A stretch of DNA of 64,000 nt, taken from the NCBI GenBank assembly GCA_045401115.1, contig CP174359.1, forward strand, positions 483,247 through 547,246, read 5' to 3'. A program made the translations under genes and the position numbers. Shown here piece by piece: positions 1 through 8,805 of this stretch (position 1 is the first letter of the stretch; each line of letters begins with the position of its first letter). This DNA is from Candidatus Phycocordibacter aenigmaticus (GTDB lineage: Bacteria; Patescibacteriota; Minisyncoccia; Phycocordibacterales; Phycocordibacteraceae). The notes below the pieces were generated by a model that saw only the letters and a program-made list of their open reading frames with translations, made no database searches and was not told where the DNA came from.

Positions 1-150
1 ACACTGCGATGTACCGATCTAGAAGATGAAATAGTGGAGCAGCAAGTAGATGTAAAACTCACTCCAATCTTTAGAGAAATATAGAAACCATATTAGACTC
101 TGTAACAGTAAAGAAAATATTTAGTGCAGGGGCAATGATATAGTATATAA

Positions 151-1131
151 ATGAAGCAAAAAGTGGTTGCAGTATTACGCGGCGGGAAAGGGGATGAGCA
201 TTCTATATCACTTCAATCAGGCGCAGCGATATTACGAGCTCTTTCAGCTCAACAAGAAGAAAGGCAATATTCAGTTGTCGATATTTTTATTGACCAAAAC
301 GGCACGTGGTATGTGCGCGGAGCACCACGTGATCCGTTGCGCGCACTCACTGGTGTTGATGTAGTATGGAACGCACTACACGGTTCTTATGGAGAAGATG
401 GTACAGTGCAACGCATTCTTGATTGCTCCGGAATCCCTTATACAGGCTCAGGATCATATGCTGCTATGGTGAGTTTTAATAAAGCATTAACCAAGCGCAT
501 GCTTGCATCTCAGGACATTCTTATGCCACGCTCAGTTACGTTAGAAGTAACACCTAATCTTGAAAATGAGATACTGACTCAGTTTCGTACATTTTGCCAA
601 CCTTCTATTATTAAACCGGTTGGATGTGGCTCTTCGTTAGGAGTAACGTTAGCGACATCTTTCGATACATTTAGAGAGGGTATTAAAAATGCTTTTAACT
701 ATGCCCCTCAGGTTCTCATTGAGGAATATATATATGGCAAAGAGGCGACATGTGGAGTTATTGATTTTTTTCGGGGACAACATCCATATATACTTCCTCC
801 TGTCGAGATAATGCTTGAAAACAAAGATTCATTTTTTAATTTTGATACAAAATATAACAACAATACATTTGAGAGATGTCCCGGTAATTTTTCTTCAAAG
901 GAATCAGAGCGGATAAAAGATGTTGCCCGCACGGTGCATACTACGCTCGGTCTCCGGGACTATTCGCGGAGTGATTTTATCGTTTCTCCTCGAGGAGTGT
1001 ATTTTCTTGAAGTGAATGCATTACCAGGTACCACTGGAGAATCACTATTTCCAAAATCCCTGAAGGCAGTAGGGAGTTCTTTAGAAGAATTTATCATACA
1101 TGTGCTGGACCTTGCGCTCAAAAGAGGGTAG
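151..1131 (+). CDS. ddl: D-alanine--D-alanine ligase
   Basis: GG-x-x-x-EH-x-IS, ALHGSYGEDG, ATP-grasp IKP..GSS, LEVNALPG motifs. Confidence 0.95.
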   Translation: MKQKVVAVLRGGKGDEHSISLQSGAAILRALSAQQEERQYSVVDIFIDQNGTWYVRGAPRDPLRALTGVDVVWNALHGSYGEDGTVQRILDCSGIPYTGSGSYAAMVSFNKALTKRMLASQDILMPRSVTLEVTPNLENEILTQFRTFCQPSIIKPVGCGSSLGVTLATSFDTFREGIKNAFNYAPQVLIEEYIYGKEATCGVIDFFRGQHPYILPPVEIMLENKDSFFNFDTKYNNNTFERCPGNFSSKESERIKDVARTVHTTLGLRDYSRSDFIVSPRGVYFLEVNALPGTTGESLFPKSLKAVGSSLEEFIIHVLDLALKRG

Positions 1132-1139
1132 GGTATAAT
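1112..1139 (+). promoter_or_regulatory. Putative sigma70 promoter for the tRNA-Ala locus
   Basis: TTGCGC (1112-1117), 16 nt, TATAAT (1134-1139). Confidence 0.55.
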
Positions 1140-1284
1140 CGTATCACCCGTTCATTAATGGGCCCTTGGCGCACAGTTGGCTGGGGGTGAAGAAAGCCTG
1201 GGAGGCTTTCGAACCATTTGCACATAGTGCAAATGAGGCACATTTTCGAATATATTGAATTTGTGTATGTTACTTTATCGGTAT

Positions 1285-1358
1285 GGGCCCTTAGCTCAGT
1301 TGGCTAGAGCGCCTCATTTGCACTGAGGAGGTCGGGGGTTCGAGTCCTCTAGGGTCCA
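1285..1358 (+). tRNA. tRNA-Ala(TGC)
   Basis: Cloverleaf: acceptor GGGCCCT/AGGGTCC with G3:U70, D arm GCTC/GAGC, anticodon stem CCTCA/TGAGG with loop TTTGCAC, T loop TTCGAGT; CCA not encoded. Confidence 0.97.
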
Positions 1359-1365
1359 CAGAAAT

Positions 1366-1396
1366 AAAAACCCAACACGAATGTGTTGGGTTTTTT
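1366..1396 (+). terminator. Intrinsic terminator after tRNA-Ala
   Basis: AAAAACCCAACAC-GAAT-GTGTTGGGTTTTTT hairpin with U tract. Confidence 0.85.
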
Positions 1397-1407
1397 CTAT
1401 TTCGTAA

Positions 1408-1715
1408 GACCCTAGAGGACTCGAAAGACGGAGCCGTGGGCCCCCATTGTGCGGAGTTCCTGGCACAATGGGGCGGCGAGTCCGGGCAGGAGGTCGTTAT
1501 GAGCGGAGCGAATTACGAACCTGAGGCCGAGTCCTCTACCGATACGAACCAGCAAAAAGTCCACTATTCTTGGACAATCCTCTAGGGTCCACCATTGCCA
1601 AAATATCCCGAGTTTTTGCTCGGGATATTTTTGTAATGTAGGGATGCTTGGTAGAGGACTCGAAAGACACACCACAAGGGCACTTCTTGTTTTGGAACTT
1701 GACGTCGAGTCCTCT
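1408..1715. repeat. Array of direct and inverted copies of the tRNA-Ala T-arm/3' end with intervening hairpins
   Basis: Inverted 1408-1425 and 1652-1664; direct 1528-1538, 1578-1594 (ending CCA) and 1705-1715; hairpin 1600-1631. Confidence 0.9.
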
Positions 1716-1767
1716 GGAATTCATCAGTATGAATTGACTTTTTTATAATTTATTATATACATATAGT

Positions 1768-1926
1768 ATGTCTGAAACTAGAAAAGAAATGCCGCTCACC
1801 GGTTTCGGGGGATATTATGAAGAATATCCTGATAGTTCAGATACACCTCTTGTAGAAGGAGGTGTCCTTCAAGCAATTATTGAGTATCTAAAATCAATAG
1901 TTGCAAATGACAACAGGCCCACTTGA
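1768..1926 (+). CDS. Small hypothetical protein (52 aa, MSETRKEMP...NDNRPT), not in ORF track
   Basis: Hand translation ATG..TGA; AT-rich promoter-like sequence upstream. Confidence 0.5.
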   Translation: MSETRKEMPLTGFGGYYEEYPDSSDTPLVEGGVLQAIIEYLKSIVANDNRPT

Positions 1927-2109
1927 TCCTGATAAACATTGTTTTTAATGAGAAACAAAAAACGCCGTAATTTTTATAAAAAGGTTATTGGCAAAGAATC
2001 TTAGGTTATATACCGGTGCTTTAGTAGATGTTGATTACCGTATTTTTCAAGCAAAAATAAGGTACTATAAGAAGTATATACAGCATTAGTGCAAAAGATA
2101 CTTATTTCT

Positions 2110-4464
2110 ATGGAAAAAATTGTTTATTTTACGTTTTTATTTTTAATACTTTCTTCACCTCAATCAGTGTTTGCAGTAAATTGTGTGACACTAGATAATA
2201 ACTTGTATCTTGGTGCGCGAGATAATAGCGTTGTGCTTTTGCAGTCATTCCTAGAATCAACAGGAGATTACACAGAGACACCAATTCATGGTTATTTTGG
2301 TCTCGCGACACAGCGCGCCGTAGAACACTTTCAAAAAAGAAACGGGATTGTCTCAGGTGGTAATCCAATAACAACCGGATATGGTGCTGTAGGGCCTGTA
2401 ACAAGAAAAGCAATAAACGAATATTGTTTAAATACAACATCTTCAGTTGATGTGTCTTCAACACCTGACATCACTGTGTCAACGTCATCAGTAACCCCTG
2501 CTCAATCACTGTCTCCAAGTACGAGCGAACTACCTATTACAAGAACACTCACTATGCGTTCTAGAGGGGTAGATGTACAAGCGTTGCAGGAGTTTTTAAA
2601 GAAAGAGGGGGATTATACATATCCTGAAGTGACCGGTTATTTTGGTCCGGTCACACAAGAAGCAGTACAAAAATTTCAAGCACGCACCGGTATTGTAAGC
2701 AGCGGTTCGCCCCAAACAACAGGCTATGGACTCGTTGGTCCTTCCACTCGTCGCGCATTAGCGCAAGCAATGTCGGAATCAACATCAACAGGACCTTCCT
2801 CAGTGAGCGTAGCAGATTCTACACCGCAGCCAATCAATATTACACCCACCACGCCGCCTATAGACCCGATCTTGCCTCCCGAACTTGATGTGCAAGTACA
2901 ACTCACTACTTCCTCATCTATTGCTGCTGCAGGAGAATCAATAAAATTTACTTGGATTTCAGATAGTGCGCTAGTGTGTAGCCAGCCAATACGAGCGAAT
3001 GAAAAAGGGAATATTGATTGGCATAAGCACCTTAAATACTCAAAGGGTCAGACGCAAGGGTCAGCAATGGTCGTACCATATCCACTTCCGGAATGGCAAG
3101 ACTTTAATGGAGCTGCGCGATATGAATGGATGATTGGTTGTCGTGGATTTTTAAATCCTGATCAAGTTGTAACCTCAGCGGTTCCTATTGAATTTAAAAA
3201 AGAAGAGCCGAAAGCAGGCTTAGACGCGCACCTTACTTCTGGTGAGGCTCCACTGACGGTTAATTTCTCTGCTAATCTTGAAGAAATTTTAGGAACACAG
3301 CGTGGCGGAGCTATTGAGTTAGATTTCGGTGACGGACAGATAGGTACGCTATGTAAAACATATTCGTCTGGTGTAGCCGCGTGTACACCTTCATGGATAG
3401 GGTCACATGTTTATAAAGATGCGGGGACCTATGTTGCAAAATTGATATGGCAATATGAATCTGGTGGTTCTTTTATCCTCGACACAGTAAAGATTGTGGT
3501 GAATTCGCAAAAAACTCCTCAGCAAAACCTGATTATTAATGGTTTTAATGTTTATTCTCCCGACATGGTATTGAGGGAAAAGGAATCACTGAAAATGTAT
3601 TTTGGTGGTTGGATGAGTCAAGGACAGCGACACGATGACATCTACCTTGCAGATTGTGTTTGGGATGGTTCGTCATGTTCTAATATTCGCACAGTTATTA
3701 GTGCCACTACGCAAGGTTTTAACCATCTCAACAACCCGTCAATAGTGCGTCTTGTTGATTCTGCAAACACTGGCCGTGCGTATTACATTATGTACCTAAC
3801 TGGTGTTGAGCAAGGTGAAAATGGTTTTGTGCCAGGAAACAATCACCTTTATTATTCAACATCTTGGGCAGATAATGGTGTAAATTGGTCAAAACCTCAG
3901 TTGCTACTAAAAAGTCATTGGCTCCCTTCCGCGATAGTAAAAGAAAATGGCGAAGTTGAATTGTATGCAAACGACAATACTATTCATGGTGGGGTAGTTA
4001 AAATTAATCTCGGTACGTCAGGAGTTAACGTTGGCACTATTGAACGCGTGTCATATGGTACTGAAGGACACTTTGCAAATGTAGATGTTGAATACGATTT
4101 TAATGATAAGCAATATCATATCGTAGCGGAACGTATGGATGCAAAAAGTTCCATCGATAGGTTCACCAGTCGCGATGGTGTTAACTGGAATCTAACGCAT
4201 AAAAAGATTATCAGTGCAGATACTGATCAATATCGTGTAGGAACACCGACCTTCCATCCAAGTAAACGAGAGATACTCTTCTTTGGTTCAACAGCAAAGG
4301 AAAATTCTACAGGCTTTAAAATTCGTTCAATGGATACCACGGGTCTGAATACTTCATTGACCTCTTTCATTAAAGATATAAATGAATTATTTGTGAATGC
4401 ATTTCAACGAGGGGTGAGTTCTTTAGCAAATTCTTTCTCAGCAATTTTATTGATGGGTTGTTAA
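2110..4464 (+). CDS. Secreted/surface protein: two peptidoglycan-binding domains, Ser/Thr/Pro linker, PKD-like domain, glycoside-hydrolase-like beta-propeller
   Basis: Signal peptide; two LQxFL..GYFG..TQxAV..FQ..G.VGPxTR repeats; SGEAPLTVNF/DFGDG/HVYKDAGTY PKD motif; Asp-box-like S-x-D-G-x-x-W repeats; alternative GTG start 2089. Confidence 0.75.
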   Translation: MEKIVYFTFLFLILSSPQSVFAVNCVTLDNNLYLGARDNSVVLLQSFLESTGDYTETPIHGYFGLATQRAVEHFQKRNGIVSGGNPITTGYGAVGPVTRKAINEYCLNTTSSVDVSSTPDITVSTSSVTPAQSLSPSTSELPITRTLTMRSRGVDVQALQEFLKKEGDYTYPEVTGYFGPVTQEAVQKFQARTGIVSSGSPQTTGYGLVGPSTRRALAQAMSESTSTGPSSVSVADSTPQPINITPTTPPIDPILPPELDVQVQLTTSSSIAAAGESIKFTWISDSALVCSQPIRANEKGNIDWHKHLKYSKGQTQGSAMVVPYPLPEWQDFNGAARYEWMIGCRGFLNPDQVVTSAVPIEFKKEEPKAGLDAHLTSGEAPLTVNFSANLEEILGTQRGGAIELDFGDGQIGTLCKTYSSGVAACTPSWIGSHVYKDAGTYVAKLIWQYESGGSFILDTVKIVVNSQKTPQQNLIINGFNVYSPDMVLREKESLKMYFGGWMSQGQRHDDIYLADCVWDGSSCSNIRTVISATTQGFNHLNNPSIVRLVDSANTGRAYYIMYLTGVEQGENGFVPGNNHLYYSTSWADNGVNWSKPQLLLKSHWLPSAIVKENGEVELYANDNTIHGGVVKINLGTSGVNVGTIERVSYGTEGHFANVDVEYDFNDKQYHIVAERMDAKSSIDRFTSRDGVNWNLTHKKIISADTDQYRVGTPTFHPSKREILFFGSTAKENSTGFKIRSMDTTGLNTSLTSFIKDINELFVNAFQRGVSSLANSFSAILLMGC

Positions 4465-4468
4465 AAAA

Positions 4469-5053
4469 ATGATTGCTATTGATACAGAATATATTCCAGA
4501 AACTGCTTCAGAAGATGTTATTCCTTCCCAAAGGCCAGATGTAACTAAAGTGTATTGTGAGATTATCCAAATTGGTGCGGTCAGATTAAATGAAGAGGGC
4601 AAGGAAACCGAAGCCTTAAATATAACTGTTTCTCCCTCTTTTATTTTTTCACTACCTAAGTGGCTTAAGGATATGACCGGGATGACAGACGAGAAAAGAC
4701 AACAAGGGATCTCATTTAAGGACGCAATACAAAAGCTGAACGATTTTATAGGAGAAGATAAAAATATCTGGACATTTAATGGGGACTGGTTTGTCTTTAT
4801 TAAAAATGCCGAAAAACACAATGTAGAGCTTCCTTTTTCTAAGTTTAAGCGAGTACTACCTAAATTACAGGAATGGGGTGTGACCTTAGAGGGTTTTCAA
4901 AACATTGGTTCTAAAGAAGTGTGTAGTGGTGACTTATACAAAGTATTAGGCATAAAACTCCCTAACATAGAAGGAGTTGGGACTCATGATGCTACTCATG
5001 ATGCTCGGAGCCTAGCTCATTCAGTTTACTTTTTAGAGAAAAAGCACGGTTAG
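4469..5053 (+). CDS. DEDDh 3'-5' exonuclease (ERI-1/KapD-like)
   Basis: IDTE, EIIQIGAV, HDATHDA motifs. Confidence 0.85.
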   Translation: MIAIDTEYIPETASEDVIPSQRPDVTKVYCEIIQIGAVRLNEEGKETEALNITVSPSFIFSLPKWLKDMTGMTDEKRQQGISFKDAIQKLNDFIGEDKNIWTFNGDWFVFIKNAEKHNVELPFSKFKRVLPKLQEWGVTLEGFQNIGSKEVCSGDLYKVLGIKLPNIEGVGTHDATHDARSLAHSVYFLEKKHG

Positions 5054-5117
5054 TTGTCATTGCTAAAAGATTGCTAACTTGACAAATTTGCATTATGTTA
5101 GTATAACATTTTTATAT

Positions 5118-5534
5118 ATGAGCTCTGAAAAGTTCACCTCTGCTGCTGAGAGCAGTATGCCAAGATTATGGACAAAGTACGAAGCTCCTGAAAAACGTAT
5201 CGAGCTTATCGTGAAAGGAGAGTGTGTTGGATATGCAATTCTTATATCTCACCAAGAACCGTTTAGGTTCTATTATGTTGATGAAGTTTTTGTCGATAAG
5301 AAAGAGCGGGGGAAATCGTATGGCTCTAAGTTAGTGCGTAAAATAAATTCCTTTTTGGGTAGAAAAAATGCTGCGGGTATCCTTATGAACGCCATACATC
5401 CAGATGATCCTACATATAATTTATATAGTAACTATGGTTGGCAAGAAGTTCCCGAATTTCATGGTTATTATATGTATGGCAGAAAAAACCATCATACAGG
5501 TAAAAAGGTGTGCGAAGCTATAAACAACATATGA
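5118..5534 (+). CDS. GNAT family N-acetyltransferase
   Basis: VFVDKKERGKSYGSKL acetyl-CoA motif A, LYSNYGW; TTGACA at 5079 is probably a -35, not a start. Confidence 0.8.
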   Translation: MSSEKFTSAAESSMPRLWTKYEAPEKRIELIVKGECVGYAILISHQEPFRFYYVDEVFVDKKERGKSYGSKLVRKINSFLGRKNAAGILMNAIHPDDPTYNLYSNYGWQEVPEFHGYYMYGRKNHHTGKKVCEAINNI

Positions 5535-5644
5535 GTTTTGAAAACCCTGACAATACTGACAAGCATATGTGCTCAGATTTTGAAACGATTTGGGAAAGTA
5601 GTGTTGCTCATCAGCGATGTCGTGTGTGCGGTAAACGTTCATAA
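5531..5644 (+). CDS. 37-aa putative zinc-finger micropeptide (MSFENPDNTDKHMCSDFETIWESSVAHQRCRVCGKRS), not in ORF track
   Basis: ATGA overlap with GNAT stop; HxC and CxxC; followed directly by terminator. Confidence 0.6.
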   Translation: MSFENPDNTDKHMCSDFETIWESSVAHQRCRVCGKRS

Positions 5645-5647
5645 TAG

Positions 5648-5675
5648 AAAATAACTCACCGTAGTGAGTTATTTT
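5648..5675. terminator. Bidirectional intrinsic terminator
   Basis: AAAATAACTCAC-CGTA-GTGAGTTATTTT between convergent genes. Confidence 0.8.
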
Positions 5676-5703
5676 TAAAAACACCACGATCAATCGTAGT
5701 GTT

Positions 5704-8700
5704 TTATTTTTGTTTTACTCGTTTTAATTCTCGGCGGTATGAAAGAAGTGGAATAAAAACAAGTGTGAGTACGGTGCCATAAAGAAGTCCAAAGGCGATA
5801 GTGAATGCAAGTGGTGCCCACATGGCATCAACAAAAACGAGTGGAATCATACCAACTACGGTAGTGACGGTAGTTAGAAGAATAGGACGTACACGGCTTT
5901 CGGCGGTATCGAGGACAAGGTCATGAGGGGTAATGTCGGGATTTTCTCGATAACGAGTGTTCATTGCATCCAATAACAAGATTCCGTGATTAATAATCAC
6001 ACCAGCAAGGGCGATAATCCCGAGAAAGGCAGTAAATGAAAGCGGTTGTCCAGTAAGCCAAAGCCCCCAGAGTACGCCGGTAAGTGAAAGGGGAATTGCA
6101 GACAGGAGACGTAATGCTCGTGAGAATGTATTAAACTCAAGTACAAGAATAGCAAACATGAGCACTAACCCCGCTCCAAGTGCAACAAGCATCTCAGTAA
6201 ATGTTTTTTGTATTTCTTCGTCTTCGCCGCCATAGGTAAGATGTACTCCTTCTGGAAGTTCAAGTTGTTCCGCAGCATTACGCACGGCGTTGGTAACCTC
6301 AATAACATTCGCGTTTTCAGTAACATAGCTATGCACTGAACCAATACGCATACCATTTTCATGACTAATAGCGGCGCTGGTACGATCAGCAGTAATGGTA
6401 GTGAGAGAGCCAAGCGGAACAGTTCCTCGTGAGGTTGCAATAGGGATATTTCGTATTTCATCCGCACCGGCAATGGTCGTATCTTCGGGTCCGATAAAGT
6501 TTGGATTGAGGTCAAACATAACTCGCACTTCGAGGTCGTTTCCTTCGATGCGTACTTTAGTTGCTTCAACTCCAGCGACTGCAGCGCGAAGTGTTGAGGC
6601 GATATCAGTGGTTGAGAGACCATATTCATTTGCCGCATCTCGATCAATGCTTATCTGTAACTCCGTACCATCATTAGCAAGTGAAGAAGTAATATCGCGG
6701 GTTCCAGATGTATCCTCGAGCACATTCTCTATCATTTCTGTTGCAAGTGCGAGTTTATCAGTATCATTGCTCCAAATTTTAACTACAATCGGAGCTCCTG
6801 ATGGCGGGCCACCATCAACATCAAACACTGATACATTTGCGTTACCAAAATCAGTCAATGCAATATCCCGACGAAGTTTATCGGTTATTTCAAGGCTTGA
6901 AAGATCACCTCGGTTTTCTTTTAGATTAACCGTAATATTTGCATATTTTGTACCAGCACCAGGACTGTTTTGATTAAATACGCTTGCTGCGCCAACTGTG
7001 GTAGTGAGTGATTCGAGATATGGAATTTCAGATGCAATAGATTCAACATGACGAGCTACCGCATCAGTTTCAGTAAGTGCCGTAGCTTGAGGGAGCTCTA
7101 CTTCTATATAAAAGAGGTTGTAATCAGAAGGAGGGAACATGGCAACCTTAAGCGCACCAGTGACAGGAAGTGCAAGGGCGCCCACGAAAAATATTGCGAG
7201 AACACCATAAAAGAGCCATTGCATGCGGCGGTGGGCGAAAAGCAACTGCATATGTTTTCGGTACCAGGCACTAATAGAGCGCCAAAGACGTTCACGCTTT
7301 ACTGCAAAGGATGATTTTTCATGCTTGATTAAATGGAGCGCGATAGATGGCACGAACCCGAGCGATACAATAATCGAAGCAATAAGCACAACGACGATAG
7401 TAAAAGGAATTGATTTAATAAACTCACCAATGATACCTGAGAGGAAAAATAGGGGAATGAATACTGCTACTGTTGTCATAGTGCCGGCAATTAATGGCCA
7501 TCCGAAATCGCGTATCGCTTTACGAGCTGCAGCGTATCGGTCAAGACCGTTTTCACGATTAGTATGGATGCCTTCAACCACAACAATGCCTGAGTCAACT
7601 AAAATACCGATGGCAATAATAAGTGAAAACAGAGAAATAAAGTTAATAGTATTACCGGTTGCAAACATCCCTAAAAACGCAATCATAAAAGAGAAGGGAA
7701 TTGCCATAGCGGCAACAAGTGCGTCTTTAAAACCAATTGCAATAAAGAGCACTAACATAACCAAGAGCACTGTCTGTAGTCCTGATGTTGAAAGGTCAGT
7801 AATAGATGTTCTTACTTCGTCTGCGGTGTCATAGGTAATAACAGCTGTTGATCCTGTAAGAAGTGTCTCTTCAAGTTCTTTAAGACGGTCCTTAACACGA
7901 TTTGATACTTCGATGATACTGTCACTTGATGATTTATAGATATTAAGAGAGAGTGCAAATTGCGAATCTTTTCCTTCTACTTTAATACGTGATATTGATG
8001 AGGTGTCTTGAAAACCATCGATGATTGTTGCAATATCGGCAACAGTAATTTCACCGGTTGGAGTCGCAATTGGTGTGGTGCGTATGTCTTCAATATCAGT
8101 AATTTTCCCTTCAAATTGAATTGGATAATTCACATCATCTATAGTGATAGTGCCGGCGGGCGCTGATGCATTTGCATTACGAAGTGCGCTTATGACCTGT
8201 TCAACTCGAATATTGTGTTGTGCCAGTGAATTTTTATGGACGATAATAGAAATTTGTCGGGCGCGCGTTCCTGCCACTTCAACTTTTGAAACTCCTTGTA
8301 TAGCAATGAGTTCATCTTGTAAATCTTCTCCGAGCTGTGTGAGAGCCTCAGGAGCAAGATCAGTTCCCACGCCAACCATAAGGATTGGTTGATTTTGAAA
8401 ATCAAATTTAGTTACCGTTGGCACTTCTGCATCTGAAGGAAGTTCAGCACGTGCACCTTCAACTGCATTGCGTAGATCTTGAATTGATGAATCAATGTCG
8501 GCACTTGCCACAAACTGTGCAGTAATAACTGATACACCGGAGCGCGATGATGAAGTTACTTCATCAATATTTGCCACATTACGTATTGATGGTTCAAGTT
8601 TGTCAGTAACGAGTTGCTCAACATCAGATGCGGTTGCTCCAGGAAGTACAGTAGTCACTATACCGATGGGGACGACAACTTCAGGGCTTGATTCTTTTGG

Positions 8701-8799
8701 TATTACATTAAGTGCATATGCCCCGGCAATTAAAAGCGAAATCATCGCTAATACGGTGAACGCGCGTCGTGAAAGAAAGAAGTTCCAGAGTGAATACAT
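5704..8799 (-). CDS. RND efflux transporter permease (AcrB/AcrD/AcrF family)
   Basis: 1031 aa, 12-TM layout, GILVDSGIVVVE, SRVRPILLTT, WAPLAFTIAFGL. Confidence 0.95.
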   Translation of the reverse strand: MYSLWNFFLSRRAFTVLAMISLLIAGAYALNVIPKESSPEVVVPIGIVTTVLPGATASDVEQLVTDKLEPSIRNVANIDEVTSSSRSGVSVITAQFVASADIDSSIQDLRNAVEGARAELPSDAEVPTVTKFDFQNQPILMVGVGTDLAPEALTQLGEDLQDELIAIQGVSKVEVAGTRARQISIIVHKNSLAQHNIRVEQVISALRNANASAPAGTITIDDVNYPIQFEGKITDIEDIRTTPIATPTGEITVADIATIIDGFQDTSSISRIKVEGKDSQFALSLNIYKSSSDSIIEVSNRVKDRLKELEETLLTGSTAVITYDTADEVRTSITDLSTSGLQTVLLVMLVLFIAIGFKDALVAAMAIPFSFMIAFLGMFATGNTINFISLFSLIIAIGILVDSGIVVVEGIHTNRENGLDRYAAARKAIRDFGWPLIAGTMTTVAVFIPLFFLSGIIGEFIKSIPFTIVVVLIASIIVSLGFVPSIALHLIKHEKSSFAVKRERLWRSISAWYRKHMQLLFAHRRMQWLFYGVLAIFFVGALALPVTGALKVAMFPPSDYNLFYIEVELPQATALTETDAVARHVESIASEIPYLESLTTTVGAASVFNQNSPGAGTKYANITVNLKENRGDLSSLEITDKLRRDIALTDFGNANVSVFDVDGGPPSGAPIVVKIWSNDTDKLALATEMIENVLEDTSGTRDITSSLANDGTELQISIDRDAANEYGLSTTDIASTLRAAVAGVEATKVRIEGNDLEVRVMFDLNPNFIGPEDTTIAGADEIRNIPIATSRGTVPLGSLTTITADRTSAAISHENGMRIGSVHSYVTENANVIEVTNAVRNAAEQLELPEGVHLTYGGEDEEIQKTFTEMLVALGAGLVLMFAILVLEFNTFSRALRLLSAIPLSLTGVLWGLWLTGQPLSFTAFLGIIALAGVIINHGILLLDAMNTRYRENPDITPHDLVLDTAESRVRPILLTTVTTVVGMIPLVFVDAMWAPLAFTIAFGLLYGTVLTLVFIPLLSYRRELKRVKQK

Positions 8800-8805
8800 A
8801 GGCTA

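Noticed and set aside
1408-1715. CRISPR array or second tRNA gene
   Set aside because: Copies alternate in orientation with irregular length and spacing; no cas genes; no second full cloverleaf.
1412-1724. Minus-strand ORFs of 87 and 62 aa
   Set aside because: They run through the repeat/hairpin array and have no protein motifs.
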